Origin: Amphiscolops sp. MND2022
Taxonomy: Eukaryota
Assembly (NCBI GenBank): GCA_964187785.1
Contig: OZ076409.1
Coordinates: 39,992,001-40,056,000 of the forward strand
Direction: 5' to 3'
DNA: 64,000 nucleotides
Positions 25,704 to 37,789 of the stretch are shown here, piece after piece. A program made the translations under genes and the position numbers. The notes beneath the pieces were generated by a model that saw only the letters and a list, made by a program, of their open reading frames with translations, made no database searches and was not told where the DNA came from. Numbering within the stretch: position 1 is the stretch's first letter; each line of letters opens with the position of its first letter.

Positions 25704-27568
25704 GTGGTTTAGGACGACAATATTGCGTAAAGTAAACAAGACGGCTGTAGAAATAAGAGTACATGTACATTTGTCGTCAGTGAGACGCAGGCAAGTTTGA
25801 AGGTACACCAATTGACGTCACAGCCTCGTCTATGCGTACCAGAAAACCATTCCAATTATCCGCCTATATCAATGGCTTCGTTAGAAATCATTCCAATTTT
25901 CCGCCAATATGACGTCACAAACTTGGCAGCTAGCTAGAAATTACTCTAAAATCTTGTTCCATACTACGTCAACGCTACGTCAACTAGCTAGAATTTTGTC
26001 TGAATCTTGGTCAAAACTACGTCAACGCTACGTCAGTTAGGTAGAATTTGTTCTAAAATCCCGAAATAACATGTCTAAAATCCATCAAAATAACCACTTT
26101 GAGCCAACTAGAATGATGAAGCAAACGCTGTTTTATTGGTTTAAGCTTGGGAACGTCATACAGTCTTGGAATCAATCAAAATTAGGATAGAAGGAAAAAA
26201 CATTCGAGATAACGTCTAGCTGTCGTCAAATAAATCCACAATTTAGATATTATTACTAAAATTTAGTTTGAATAAAACCTTTCCACACCACTTAAGATAG
26301 AAGTCACAGTTTATTCTAAAGAACACTTTATAAATATGTGTTGTGTAATACTTAATGTAGGCTCCTGCCGTTATTTCATACAAACAAACGTCGTCTTCAC
26401 GTCCTAAAGAAACTCAATGCTTCGATATTCTAGAAATAGAATCATATTTTTTAGTGCTGCATTTGTATTGTTTTGAAACGTCTTATCTAATTTTGTTGTG
26501 ATTACTTTTTGGGATTCTAACCAAGTATATTATCACTTGGAATTGCTGTTACTGTTTAACGTTCTTGTTGAAGTTAACCTAATTTGGCGTTAACAATACG
26601 TTTAACCACGATTGTACCTAATTAAAAATAAGGGCTGTGCGTGCTAATCTTTTTAATTAAATACAGTTATCGAAAATCTGATCCTTTTACTCTCTTAGCA
26701 TCATCAAATTGCCTAAATCAAGATAATTAATCATAATTTCTCAAGTTGAAACTCAAAATCAGGTATTAGTTGTTCACCTCAGCGTCATCTCCGCGTCGAA
26801 CCAGAGCAGAAAAACAGAGAAACAGACTGAAATAATATCTACTTCCTGCTTGGGAGGAAGCAAAAGGACGCCGGAATGAAATGATATGATCATGGTTAGG
26901 GACTAATACTAGATTAGAATTGCCGTGTCTTAAAATTTGACGAAATATCGACGTAAATTTGGGATCATAAAGATTTTTTAACCGAAAAAACAGGAAATGA
27001 CTAATTGTTTGAAGGAAGTTGGGATTATAGTCGTGATCAAATGATGCTAGGAGGGTAAAAATACGATGCAGTTTGATGATTAAGGGACTCAGCCTCTTCT
27101 AATTGTGAAAATTAGTTGCTCAATAACTTTTTCATTTTCTCAGTCAACCTCATTCAACATTGTTGCAAAACACTCAGAAGATAAATTGAATTCATCTGAA
27201 CAAAATCTTTCTTCATCAAAACGTCGACTACAAAGAGGAGAAACAATCAACAAGAGACTGTCGAAAGCGTAAGTGGTTTTGTTTTGCCAGTTGTAGTGGA
27301 AAATTCTTGTCCTCTAGACCAGTGTGGAAGCATTGCGAGCCCGTCTAAACCAAAATCTCCCAGGATCGAAGGTAGTTTCTTAGAAAGTTTGAGGGCTTCT
27401 TTAAAAGAAGAGATTACTTCTGAAATCAAGAATTTCCTCGTAGAATCGCAGCGAGAATTGCTAAGGCTTCTTAAACCTGAAACAAGAGAAAACGTAAGAG
27501 AAAACGACGAGGATGAAACTGAGAATGAAACGAGGAGTTTCTACACCCCTACAAAATCAGTTAGAATT
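25704..27568 (+). mobile_element. Second LTR copy of family A, truncated at both ends (possible 3' LTR of element A)
   Basis: It is a direct repeat of 8672-10617 with scattered substitutions and indels. It includes the Gag N-terminal coding part SPSKPKSPRIEGSFLESLRASLKEEITSEIK. Confidence 0.88.
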
Positions 27569-29611
27569 TAAGTTAGAAAGACAAATGTTTTATTGACTGA
27601 AGATTTAAATGCATTCAGCCTAGACAATCTATTTCGCAACTTCATTTTTGTTTTCAGTGACGGTTTTTCCCTAGTTTAACATGCTGGAAAGTTTTACATG
27701 TTCATCAAGGTTGCCAAGCACTTTTAGCATGACTTTTGGAGTTTCATTGAGAATCATTAAAGAAACATTTTTCCCTGATGCAGTGATATTTCGTCAGGAA
27801 GTTTTTCGGGAGACTACTTTAAGAGCGCAATATCAAAATTAAAAATTTTGATTGGTTGGAATTTCAAATTTTTTATATTTTTTGTTAGCCCCGAAAAACT
27901 AAAAAAAAATACCAGTTCTTTTGAAGAATAGTTACATCTGTTCCTTGATGTTTTCAATTTTTAGTCTTCATAATATAATATTGACTTTTAATAATATAAT
28001 ATCACTTTTTTCATTTGTGAACTTTAGCCTTTGAGAAGCAGTGTTGCAGGAAATTTTAGGATTCAGTGTTAATAGGTTTGAGATAATAGGATAGTGTTTT
28101 GCACTGTCTAAGTCAAAATTTGAATTTTTTCTCGTTCACCATTGATTTATTTTATGTCTATAGTTATTTCACTTTTTTTAAAGTTGTAGGGACTTTTTTC
28201 AAGGTGCAGGAAAGTTTTTTAAGAATTTTTCCTACGCGCAGTCTGAATTTTCTAGGTTTTATCAAAAATTTCCCTGCATGCAGGCCTGCAGCATGTAAAA
28301 ATCTCAAGCAGTCTCAACTTGGGTTGACAACTTTGAAACACTTTTTTGCAATCAAACTGGTATGAAACTTTTGATTTTATTGGTTTATTGATTTGTTTTG
28401 TATGAATTGAGACTTTAGAACTTTAAAAACCCATAACTACTTCTTTTAACAAGGAAGATTGCACATCAACAGCGAAGCTTTCATTATTCTGTCGTTTTGG
28501 AGGAAAAGCAATAGAATTAGGTATGGTTGGAAGCGCAAAACCATGTATTAACGTTGTCACAATATATTTCCACGTTTGGCCATTTGATTGAGACGGAAAA
28601 CTCCTTTTCACACTCAGGAATTATTGTTCAAAAACATTAATTTCCATGCACTTCTGGAGAATCAGCAATTGTCAGAATCTAAAGTTTCTAGAGTAACAAG
28701 GTTTCTCACTGGATCAAATATAAAGTTCTTAGGCATAAAATTCAAATTATTTCTATAAGCAAGTATTACTTGACACAACAGTTGATTGTAAGTCGGGCTT
28801 CAAAGAGTAGTTAATTGAGCGCAACAAAACCTAATGTTTTCCGTAATATTTCTCCACTTTTCATGCCGATCAATTTTCAACAGTCTGATTAAAAGTTGAG
28901 AATTAATTCCATTAGGGTGGCCTAGTGTTGGAAAAAAGTTGGAAAAAATGTTTAATCTGGAGTTAGTATTCCATGTGCTAACTGAGTAGTGCATCTGAAA
29001 TGGCCTTTGCTCAAATTTAAAAAGCTTCGAAAAAGTAATACGAAACCTGCAAAAAACACTTAAAAGCGAAAAGAGTTCGAAACCGAAAATATCAAAAACT
29101 AGAAATGGGTTTTTGAATATTTATTCCCGACAATCTAACTCGAACATTATAGATTTGAAGAATTACAGCAAGTTTTTCGCTTTTCGGAATCCTCGACTGA
29201 ACTTTTTACTGGTCGCGTCTCTTCAACAACGAAAAATCAGGGAATTTTTTGATGTCGTTTGGATTATGCTGTTACTCAAACTTCGTTTTGTCTTGGTTCT
29301 TGTCGGCCAATATAAAATAGCGACGGAGAAGAAATGAGAATGAGAAACTTACTTTGAGAATTTTTCAAGTTCGTTAATGAAGAACGTCAACTGATTGAGA
29401 TATAACCGGAAACCGTACCGAGATAAAAATTACCAATGTTCATGTATCATTTTCCCCTAGAGCCTATTTCCTCAAACTTCATATGTTTTTGAACTAGTCT
29501 TAGTGAAAAGTATGTTATATACGAATTGAAAACGCTTCACTGAAATTTGTTTCGCGCTATGAGAAGAGCTTCTTACGAAGTGATCCAGTTTTCTTTGATG
29601 AAAATCACATG

Positions 29612-30420
29612 TGTGTTGACCCTGACTTTGGGACAACTCGTAGATATCTTCTCGTTGGGAAGATGGACCAGGTTCAGAAAAATCGGGTTTAACTGCTTTA
29701 TTATTTGTGGTTGGAGGAGTCTTGTCCGACAAAGAGTCAATTTTAGACGACAGATTTTCAATCACCCTCAATATCTCCCTTTGTCCAACTTCAGTATCCT
29801 TGATCCGGCGACAAACAGATTTCTCTATTTTCTCGGACAATTCCGAAAAGTCTTTATCGGATATGCTAGGAATGTTTTCTGTCCTCAAACTGGACGTCTG
29901 AGGCTCGCATATGGAAGTAGACACCGAATCTCTCCTGGCTTTCCTTTTCGAAGACCTTTCAGGCATTCTCGGATTTTGAATCTTGCAGACTTAAAACTAT
30001 TAAAAATAGAGAAAGTTGAAGGTTCCAAAGTTTATTGATTTCAGAAATGAAAAGAACAAAATTGTCTTCAAAAGCAATTATCAAACTTTCAATTAAAATT
30101 TTTCAAATTTTACAGATATATATACTTTCCGCACGCGAGTGAGCGGGAAAATCCATCATGTTTTCACGCTTCATTCAGCCCGGCGTCCTTCCGAGGCGAT
30201 GAATTCGGAAGTTCAGTTCCGCTTTGTCGAACTCAGACTCTCAGTTTGTTCATGCTTCCCAGGGCAAGCACGCGTCCACTTCCTGTCTGAGTTGCGACTC
30301 CGCTTCCCTTCACCTCCAATTCTGCCTCTTTGGGACGCCGAAGCTGAATTCAGCAGCAAAATGTATAGATGATTCAATATTTCACACCCAAGGGACTGAA
30401 AATGGGAAAAAGGCATCAAC
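29612..30420 (-). mobile_element. LTR fragment encoding a Gag N-terminus (family related to element C)
   Basis: The ORF MPERSSKRKARR...DKDFSELSEKIEKSVCRRIKDTEVGQREILRVIENLSSKIDSL matches the degenerate peptide at about 55385-55520. It ends in GGGTCAACACA with no PBS. The outer boundary is approximate. Confidence 0.6.
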
Positions 30421-30779
30421 AATCATTCTAAGTAGAGATGAGAATCTCCACATTAGTTTAATTAGTTCAAAATACTGCTCAACATATTAATTATATCAAC
30501 AAAACTGCGAACTGATTTGTAAATTCGCCTGTTGGAGGCGTTGGGACGCTGAATATTTTCAAATGAAAAATCCCTGATCCCAGGCTGTGTTCTGGGATTT
30601 TTAGGGAAAAGATGCATGCTTTAGTACTAAATGTTAAAATAGCAACAATTGAAGTTTTACATGAGGCGAACCATTTTAAAGTACAGTTTAAAACACAGAT
30701 TGATCCAATAGAATGGAAAATGACTCAAAAGGTAATATACGTCACCGATCAGTTACTAGATTATACGGGTCAGGAAATT

Positions 30780-31269
30780 TAATCTCAGGCCGAAGTCAGG
30801 GCCGCAGCTTGGTGCGTTTGGAAATTAAACATAGTTACATGAACAAAACTGCTACAAATTATATGCAATTAACGATTATCGTTTAAAATCATGAGTATTA
30901 GTTCGTGGTTCCATTGGAAAAAAAGGGAATCATTATTAGCATCATCATCTTCCATATGGATGGATTTCTATTTATCTTATTCTCAGGCCGTGTCTCAGGC
31001 CGTGGTATTCAACTTCCATACATCTGTTGTTTTCATTCAATTGCTTGTACAATTATACGCGTAGCAACGTTCAATTTGAATACAAAATGCTTTAACAAGT
31101 TAATGTTCATACAATGGTAATGCACTATGCTGTTGGTTAGCAGCGCACGGCATATTTTGATTTCAGGCCACTCGCCAGGCCGGCGCTTCACTGCTCAAAT
31201 CTCAGGCCGGCTGCCAGGCCGCAGTTCCGCCTTTAATACTTCAGGCCGCCAGCTACGCGATGTGGTTCG
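30780..31269 (+). repeat. Cluster of TCAGGCCG/CCAGGCCG motifs (transposon subterminal-like)
   Basis: About eight CAGGCC(G) motifs, often paired, run from 30785 to 31250 and into the assembly gap. Confidence 0.5.
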
Positions 31270-31469
31270 NNNNNNNNNNNNNNNNNNNNNNNNNNNNNNN
31301 NNNNNNNNNNNNNNNNNNNNNNNNNNNNNNNNNNNNNNNNNNNNNNNNNNNNNNNNNNNNNNNNNNNNNNNNNNNNNNNNNNNNNNNNNNNNNNNNNNNN
31401 NNNNNNNNNNNNNNNNNNNNNNNNNNNNNNNNNNNNNNNNNNNNNNNNNNNNNNNNNNNNNNNNNNNNN
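31270..31469. other. Assembly gap (200 N)
   Basis: A run of N bases. Confidence 1.
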
Positions 31470-31934
31470 GATTGCATTCATTTCATCGTTAGTAATGAAT
31501 TGAAGCGTCATAACTCAACTCGACCCACTGTTGGAACCAAAATTTTCTATGTTTGAATCTATTTGAATAAAAATATTCGAGGAACCTATTTTTTACCATT
31601 GAACTTGTGACGTTTTGTAAAAATTTGAAGTACGTTTTCTTTTACCGCTAATGATCAAGGGGCTTCCGATGAATTTTTTGGTGTGAATTGTATTGGAAAA
31701 TTTATTCCATTCAAATTTTGATTTATGATTACATAGTAATTGAATTCTTCAAACCAAACCTAATTTTTGCGTTACGAAATCTACTTTGGGATGGTTTAAA
31801 ATTAGGTTCAAGCTTTCGTCAGGATTTTAAAATCAAAATTGTTCCAGTGGAAACTTAGTAACAACATTTTAAACTATCACGTACACTAAAACCAATGCCA
31901 CAAAAGTCTAAAAGTTTGTCAATCCCTTTCAACG

Positions 31935-34649
31935 TCAATTTTCTTCGTCTGAGTCTTCTCCACGATTGTCACTGTTTTCTTTTCTTGGTTCTTGACTACC
32001 GCTGCATCGGCTGCTGGTGTTTCCGGAGCTGCTCCCCGACTGGGTCTCACTGAATTCAGAGCGGGCTACCGGATCTTCATAGTCGAACATTAACTGCTCG
32101 AAGGGATGAATTGTTTTACTTGCTCGGAGGACAACATAACGTTGATTGTTGTCGGCAAATACAATGACATCAGTGGACTTCATATTGGCTTCTAAAACTG
32201 AGTGATTGGCAAGGCGACCCATACATCTACTATCAGGGTGGACAGGACACGTTTCCTCGGAGGCATTGATTATCCTTCGGCCAGGTCCTTTGACTTCAAG
32301 ACAAAACTCCCGTTTAACACCTTCAATGGCGGATACTTCGTCCATTGATGTCTTGAGGAAAACCTGCCCGTGGTAATCAATGACGACTTCATTTTTCTGG
32401 AAAGCTCGGGTGGCAACGATTCCTCGTCCAAACTTGCTAAATGAAACTTGCGTGACTCCGGGCCATTTTTGAGATCGACATCTCTCCATAAGCAAAGTTT
32501 GATCTTCAAACTCCATATTGCTTGCCAATCCTTTGTAATAAATCTTCTGAATTGCCTTGTTCGTTTCTACTTTTGGGGTAATAAATATTGGGAGCACAAG
32601 TAGATAAACTTTTCTCAGGTCTTGGTTGCCGTCATTCTGCGTCGTCCACTTCTGTCGCTGGAAATAGCTCTTCAGTCTCATTTCCAACGAAGCAAGGTCA
32701 GTTTTTCCATTCATATGCTTGAAAAAAGCATGGGCACGAGCTGATTGGCGGGCATATCTCTGTCGATCCTGGTGCCTTCTCACCGCCGACTGCACGACCT
32801 GGTAGTCCAAGGCAATGTCCAGAGTCTGCCAAATTGCTCTAGTTTGGACCTTCAACTTAGGGAGTACTGCTTCAGTGTCGTTTGCGATGGGCAACACAAC
32901 ATGAAGGTGCCGTTCCAATTCCCGCAGCGGGCTAGCACAGTGTTTCAGTACCTGTTTAAAACGATACCAACATTGAATTGTGTCTAAATGCATTCTGAAT
33001 TAATGATATCAACAGTGTACGTGTCACAGATAGATCGACCCCCGATTGGTACCAAAAACTAGCAAAACTAGCTCTACAATATAAATTGTCCCAGTTTCCA
33101 CAGATTTTCAGTATAATTTGACTTGCTCAAAGAAAGCAATGCGGAAAGCAAGACCATATCTTTAAACACATGGCGTGGAAACCACATACAAATCTTAATA
33201 CATTGCGAACTTTCACTCAAAGGGGTGTACACATTATTGCGCGTTACCATGAATGTCCTAGATTCCACGGTTTTAAGTTTGAATTGACTTACTCAAAGAA
33301 TGCATTGCGGAAAACAAGACCATATCTTCAAACACATGGCGTGGAAACCAAATACAAATCTTAATACATTGCGAACTTTCACTCAAAGGGGTATACACAT
33401 TATTGTGCGTTACCATAAATGTCCTAGTTTGCACGGTTATTGAGTATAAAACGGCTCGCTTTTAAAAGTCTTCGAGAAAAAAAGACCATATCTTTGAACA
33501 CATGGTGAAAATCGAATACAAATCCTAACTCATAGTTCTTTTCAAAGGGGTGTGATGATGATTTGTTTATACATACCGACTCCATATATTGGTCAACAAC
33601 GTGGCTAGGTCGGAAGTTGGATTTCCCAGCTGAGTTCACAAAAAACAATTCGGTGTACAGGATCCGATTGTCTGTCTCACTCAGCAGTCTTTCGAAAGGA
33701 GTCCCCTCACCGTGGTCCAGAAACTCGCTTCGAACACTCACGAAGTAGTCCACAAAGCCTTCCAATAACCATCGTGGGATATTGTAGCACGTTTTTCTGG
33801 CGCACCTCTCCGCTACATCTATCTCAAGCACGAAAGAGGCATTTTGGTCGTCTGATTCTTTCATCTGAACTGCTGCCTGCGCCACGGCGTGGACAGTCAC
33901 ATTGCTGACCTCCCGATCCAGAAAACCCAAGAATATTAAAACGTAAGCCATTAGACTTCGAAAGAACTCTATTTGGACCTTTTTCGTAGCCAGAATTCTC
34001 TTACTGCAACGCGATACATTCTCTGTTATTGTCCATTTAATGAAAGACTCCACTGTATCGGTTTTGTAATCAGGCTTCTTCTTCTTGGCGGGAACAGTCT
34101 ATAAAATGGAGAGTTTTCAAAAAGTGTCTTTATTGTATTTAAAACTGATAACGCATCCTCCAGGAATTAAAAAGTAAATTGGTTTCTATGAAACGTAACC
34201 CTTAATTGGAACGCAAAATTTGAACAAAATGTATTCAGAAGTTTTACTATACTTACCATATCAACTGGTGGGGGCATTGGACGTTTGTTTGCTACATTAT
34301 CGGAGCTTGGATGTCCATTGGACGGTTTTGGAGGAATTATGATCTCAGCTGGTAATTCGCTCTGATTGTTTAAACACTCGTTTATGACCTCTTCAGCTTC
34401 AGTCGGGAGATGTTCCGTTATTATTCCATCCTCATTGAAGCTGAATTCAGGTGGCTCTTGGAGGCGGAACGGAGTGCTGTTGAGTGGCCCGCCGGGTGTT
34501 TGGCTAAACATCACGGGCGATACCAGGGGCGTGAACAAACCAGAAGGAGTTTGCATTTGGGTTAATGTCAGAGGCGTAGACATGTCCGCGGAAGACGGTG
34601 TTGGAATTGGGGGCATCGACAAAGGCAGCGAGGTTTTATTTTGTTCCAT
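31935..34649 (-). CDS. SET-domain lysine methyltransferase (KMT5A/SET8-like type) fused to a degenerate tyrosine-recombinase-like domain; 3 exons, about 643 aa
   Basis: Exons 34649-34257, 34098-33577 and 32951-31935 join in phase 0 through GT-AG introns with no stop. SET motifs are GRGIVATRAF, VIDYHG, MGRLANHS and EQLMFDY. Exon 2 shows a YR-like pattern: AYVLIFLG..REVSNVTV, RKT, Y..VR, FFVNSAGK. Confidence 0.85.
33094..33560 (+). repeat. 166-bp tandem repeat array (about 2.5 units) in SET intron 2
   Basis: Units start at about 33094, 33261 and 33427 (TTCCACGG...CAAAGAATGCAATGCGGAAAACAAGACCATATCTTTAAACACATGGCGTGGAAACC...). Confidence 0.9.
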
Positions 34650-34947
34650 TTAGGAAAGTTAGATCTTCTATTTTGACGGTCTGATTTTCAGAGACCATTT
34701 CAAGATAATGATTGTAGATTTCGAATATTTGTTGATATGAATTACGATAATATCTGATATTTAGTAATTAGTAGTGCCATATCCGGCTGTGCAACCGAAA
34801 TCCTCAATCTTAAATGAGGCATGTAAAAAGCGTTATTTCGGAATGAGGCTAGTGTCTTCATTTCCAATTATTCCTAATAGTGCACCTGCTTCGTAATTAG
34901 GTGACGATTAGCTGTAATTAATTTGGGATGCAACCAATCTCGTTAGC

Positions 34948-35267
34948 GTCTTCTTTAACGCTCATCCCATCAACATTCATCACATAAAAGGTCTACATAT
35001 TCTATTAGTTTCGAGCTTTAAAATAAAGTCTTCTTTAACGCTCATCCCATCAACATTCACCACATAAGGGGTTTACACATTCTATTAGTTTCGAGCTTTA
35101 AAATAAAGTCTTCTTTAACGCTCATCCCATCAATATTCACCACATAAGGGGTCTACATGTTTTATTAGTTTCGAGCTTTCAAATAAAGTCTTCTTTACCG
35201 CTCATCCCATCAATATTCACCACATAAAGTGTCTACACATTCTATTAGTTTCGAGCTTTAAAATAAA
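34948..35267 (+). repeat. 4 x 80-bp tandem repeat between the divergent SET and Tudor-like genes
   Basis: The unit GTCTTCTTTAACGCTCATCCCATCAA...GTTTCGAGCTTTAAAATAAA starts at 34948, 35028, 35108 and 35188. The array ends one base before the ATG at 35269. Confidence 0.95.
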
Positions 35268-35268
35268 A

Positions 35269-36679
35269 ATGCTTCTCCAAACCTTCTATGAAAATGAAGT
35301 TGTGCAAATCTTGGATCCTGCGACATCAATTTGGGAATCAGCGAAAATAATGTCCTTTGTGAGCGATTGGTGTGTAAGAATTGAATGGGTCGATTGGTCT
35401 TACAATAAAAAAGAAGAAATCACTGTTCCCGAAGTATACAGACCTGACAAAAATTACTGGAATATTAGAAAATCCCACAATCTTGTCCGCGAAGAAACTG
35501 TGAGCAACAAAAGACGGTCAACACCTCTTAGCTACAACGCTCGTCGACTGGTCAGAAACGATCAAATTTACTTTTGGCAACCAGAATGTAACTGTGTAGA
35601 TAGCGAAAGATGCCAAGAGGACCGTTGCTGCGGGTCAGTTGTGATGGGTTGGGTAAAAATTAATGACCCTTTCTGTCAACAATGTTTGATAACTGACGTG
35701 GAGGACAATGATGAGTATGTTTCGTATCTCTAACTAAGAAATAAACCTTGTGTAAGAGACACTGAACCAGAAATTGATGAAACTGAACAAGGTCATGAAT
35801 CAGGATCTGACGTACATCGCCCATTCGTCAAAAAGCAAGCCCGTGTGACAAGCGCCACCCAACCGATGCCACAAGTCGACATTCTTTCCTTGCTTCCCAG
35901 TGTTGACGATGACGTTGAATTAACATATGCACCCTGTGAAAATGATATCATAAAGGTAATGTTTTCTTGCTTTTTTGCTTACAAACTTTGCTTTTGAATT
36001 TTGATAACCCTGGATTGGCACCAAATTTTTCAAAGTATTTTTCCCACCAAACATTTGTTCAATCTTTTTATTTTCAGGTGGGATCTATTGCATCTTACGC
36101 AAATGATGATTTTGAAATCAAGATGATTTACTATGATCATCAGAAGAGAAAAGCATGTGCATTCATGCAGAGCAGAAGTGACCCTGACATTGAAGTGCGC
36201 ATCCCGACAATTCGTGTTGTCACAACAACATCTTCTAAAGGCGATGTAATGGATTTTAATTCGCTTCTGGAGCCCATGGACCAAGCATATGCTTTGTTTT
36301 CTGCAATAAAACGAATGGTGGGACTCTCAAGAAAGAAGCATTCCTTAACCGCAACATTAGTTCCCTGTACCCACTGACAAAAAAACTCTGTGGCTTCGAA
36401 ACTGGCAATCTCAAAGAGGCCGTTAAGTATAGCGTTGCAAACCAAGAGGGACATAAATGGTGCAACGGTACATGGGATACTGTACTTGGAAGAAATTGGG
36501 ATATGATCCCATGTCACGCAAGCGATGGAGAAGATGTTCTTATAAAGACAATGAGGTTCATTGAACATCGAGAATTTGGCATGTTGACGATTCGTGTCCA
36601 GTTTTTGTCAAGCCAAGGCCACTACAAAAACAGCCAATATAGAGATCTGAGTCGAAATGTACCTGTCTCAGATGCATGA
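35269..36679 (+). pseudogene. Gene with N-terminal Tudor/chromo-barrel (Royal family)-like domain; 2 exons, premature TAA and one frameshift
   Basis: The N-terminus FYENEVVQILDPATSIWESAKIMSFVSDWCVRIEWVDWSYNKKEEI fits a five-strand barrel with aromatic-cage-like Trp residues. The frame continues past TAA at 35731-33 to a GT-AG intron at 35956-36077. After a shift at about 36260-36375 it stays open to TGA at 36677-79. Confidence 0.55.
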
Positions 36680-36949
36680 AATACTCTTAAATACTCCTAA
36701 ATTTTAAAAAAACTTTCTATTCGTGTTTGATCATTTTTTGTTTGTTCAACAATTTATCTTTCATCATTATTAGTAATTATTACAATATAAGCTCCATGAC
36801 CTTGTATTCTTGAAAATTCTTGAGAAAAGTCTTAGACTATCGAATTACTTTATTCTGAAATGTAATGCACTTGTCACATATAGATCAACCCCTGATTGGT
36901 ACCAAAAATGATACAATCTCAACAATTTCCGGGATTTCATTTGCATGTT

Positions 36950-37400
36950 TTCCAACTTTTTTCAGGATATTTGATTTGCACCAAAAAGCAATGCGGAAAA
37001 CAAGGACACATCCTAAAAAACATGGCATGAAATCCAAACACAAATCGTAATGCATTGCTCAATTCTGTTCGTCTCGGTTTCCACGGATTTTCAGTAAAAT
37101 TTGACTTGCTCGAAGAATGCAATGCGGAAATCAAGACCATATCTTTAAACACATGCCGTGGAAACCAAATACAAATCTTAATACATTGCGAACTTTCACT
37201 CAAAGGGGTATGTATGTATGCAGACACCGGATTGCGCATTACCATAAATGTCCTGGTTTCCACGGTATTTAAGTGAAAATTGACTTGCTCAAAGAAAGCA
37301 ATGCGGAAAACAAGGACATATCTTTAAACGCATGGCGTGGAAACCAAACACAAGTCCTAATACGTTGCTCAATTTCATTCGAAGGGGCGTAGTCATGGTT
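36950..37400 (+). repeat. 166-bp repeat family array (intergenic)
   Basis: The same unit as 33094-33560, more diverged. Confidence 0.85.
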
Positions 37401-37789
37401 TTCAGAAAATAATCAAACAATTTTTGTTTTTCTTTTTTTATTACCTTTTGAGTATTTCCAATCAGATAACACTTTACCAAGATGAAAGAAACAGTCCTGA
37501 GAAGTGAAAACTTCTAATTACGAGTGATAAGACTTAATGGAAGACTCTTTTGCATCTGATTGTGATTATTGACAAAATGGCCTTGGGTGATATGGACTCA
37601 AATTATTAAAGTATAATTGAACCGTAATTCATCAGTTTAATGAACAGACTCAAAACCGGACTCATTTCACTTGTGGGTTTGTGTACCTAATTGCATTTCA
37701 TTTTATTGTATATAAGGGTTGCAGTCTGACAAATGTTCTACAATCTATACAATTTCACTTTGCAATAAACCTAAGAACCAGCTTTAGAA

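Noticed and set aside
28380..29050. Possible hAT transposase remnant (STWNT resembling TRWNS)
   Set aside because: A single weak motif with no supporting alignment.
31118..31130. CACTATGC as a definite left TIR with a TAATG TSD
   Set aside because: Similarity to the right end stops after about 8 bp, the CAGGCCG motif cluster continues across the site, and the left flank is not the missing RT sequence.
31127..31556. ORFs spanning X runs
   Set aside because: They are artefacts of the N gap.
32952..32994. NAFRH as a tyrosine-recombinase HxxR motif, or Met 32993 as the SET start
   Set aside because: The NAFRH frame hits a stop within 12 codons. A phase-0 acceptor before 32951 gives a cleaner model, so this stretch is probably intronic.
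33074..33364. Recurrent small ORFs MESRTFMVTRNN.../MAWKPHTNL... (also 36937, 41139, 43325, 43753)
   Set aside because: They are incidental translations of the non-coding 166-bp repeat.
34948..35267. CRISPR-like array
   Set aside because: The 80-bp units are contiguous with no unique spacers, there are no cas genes, and the context is eukaryotic.
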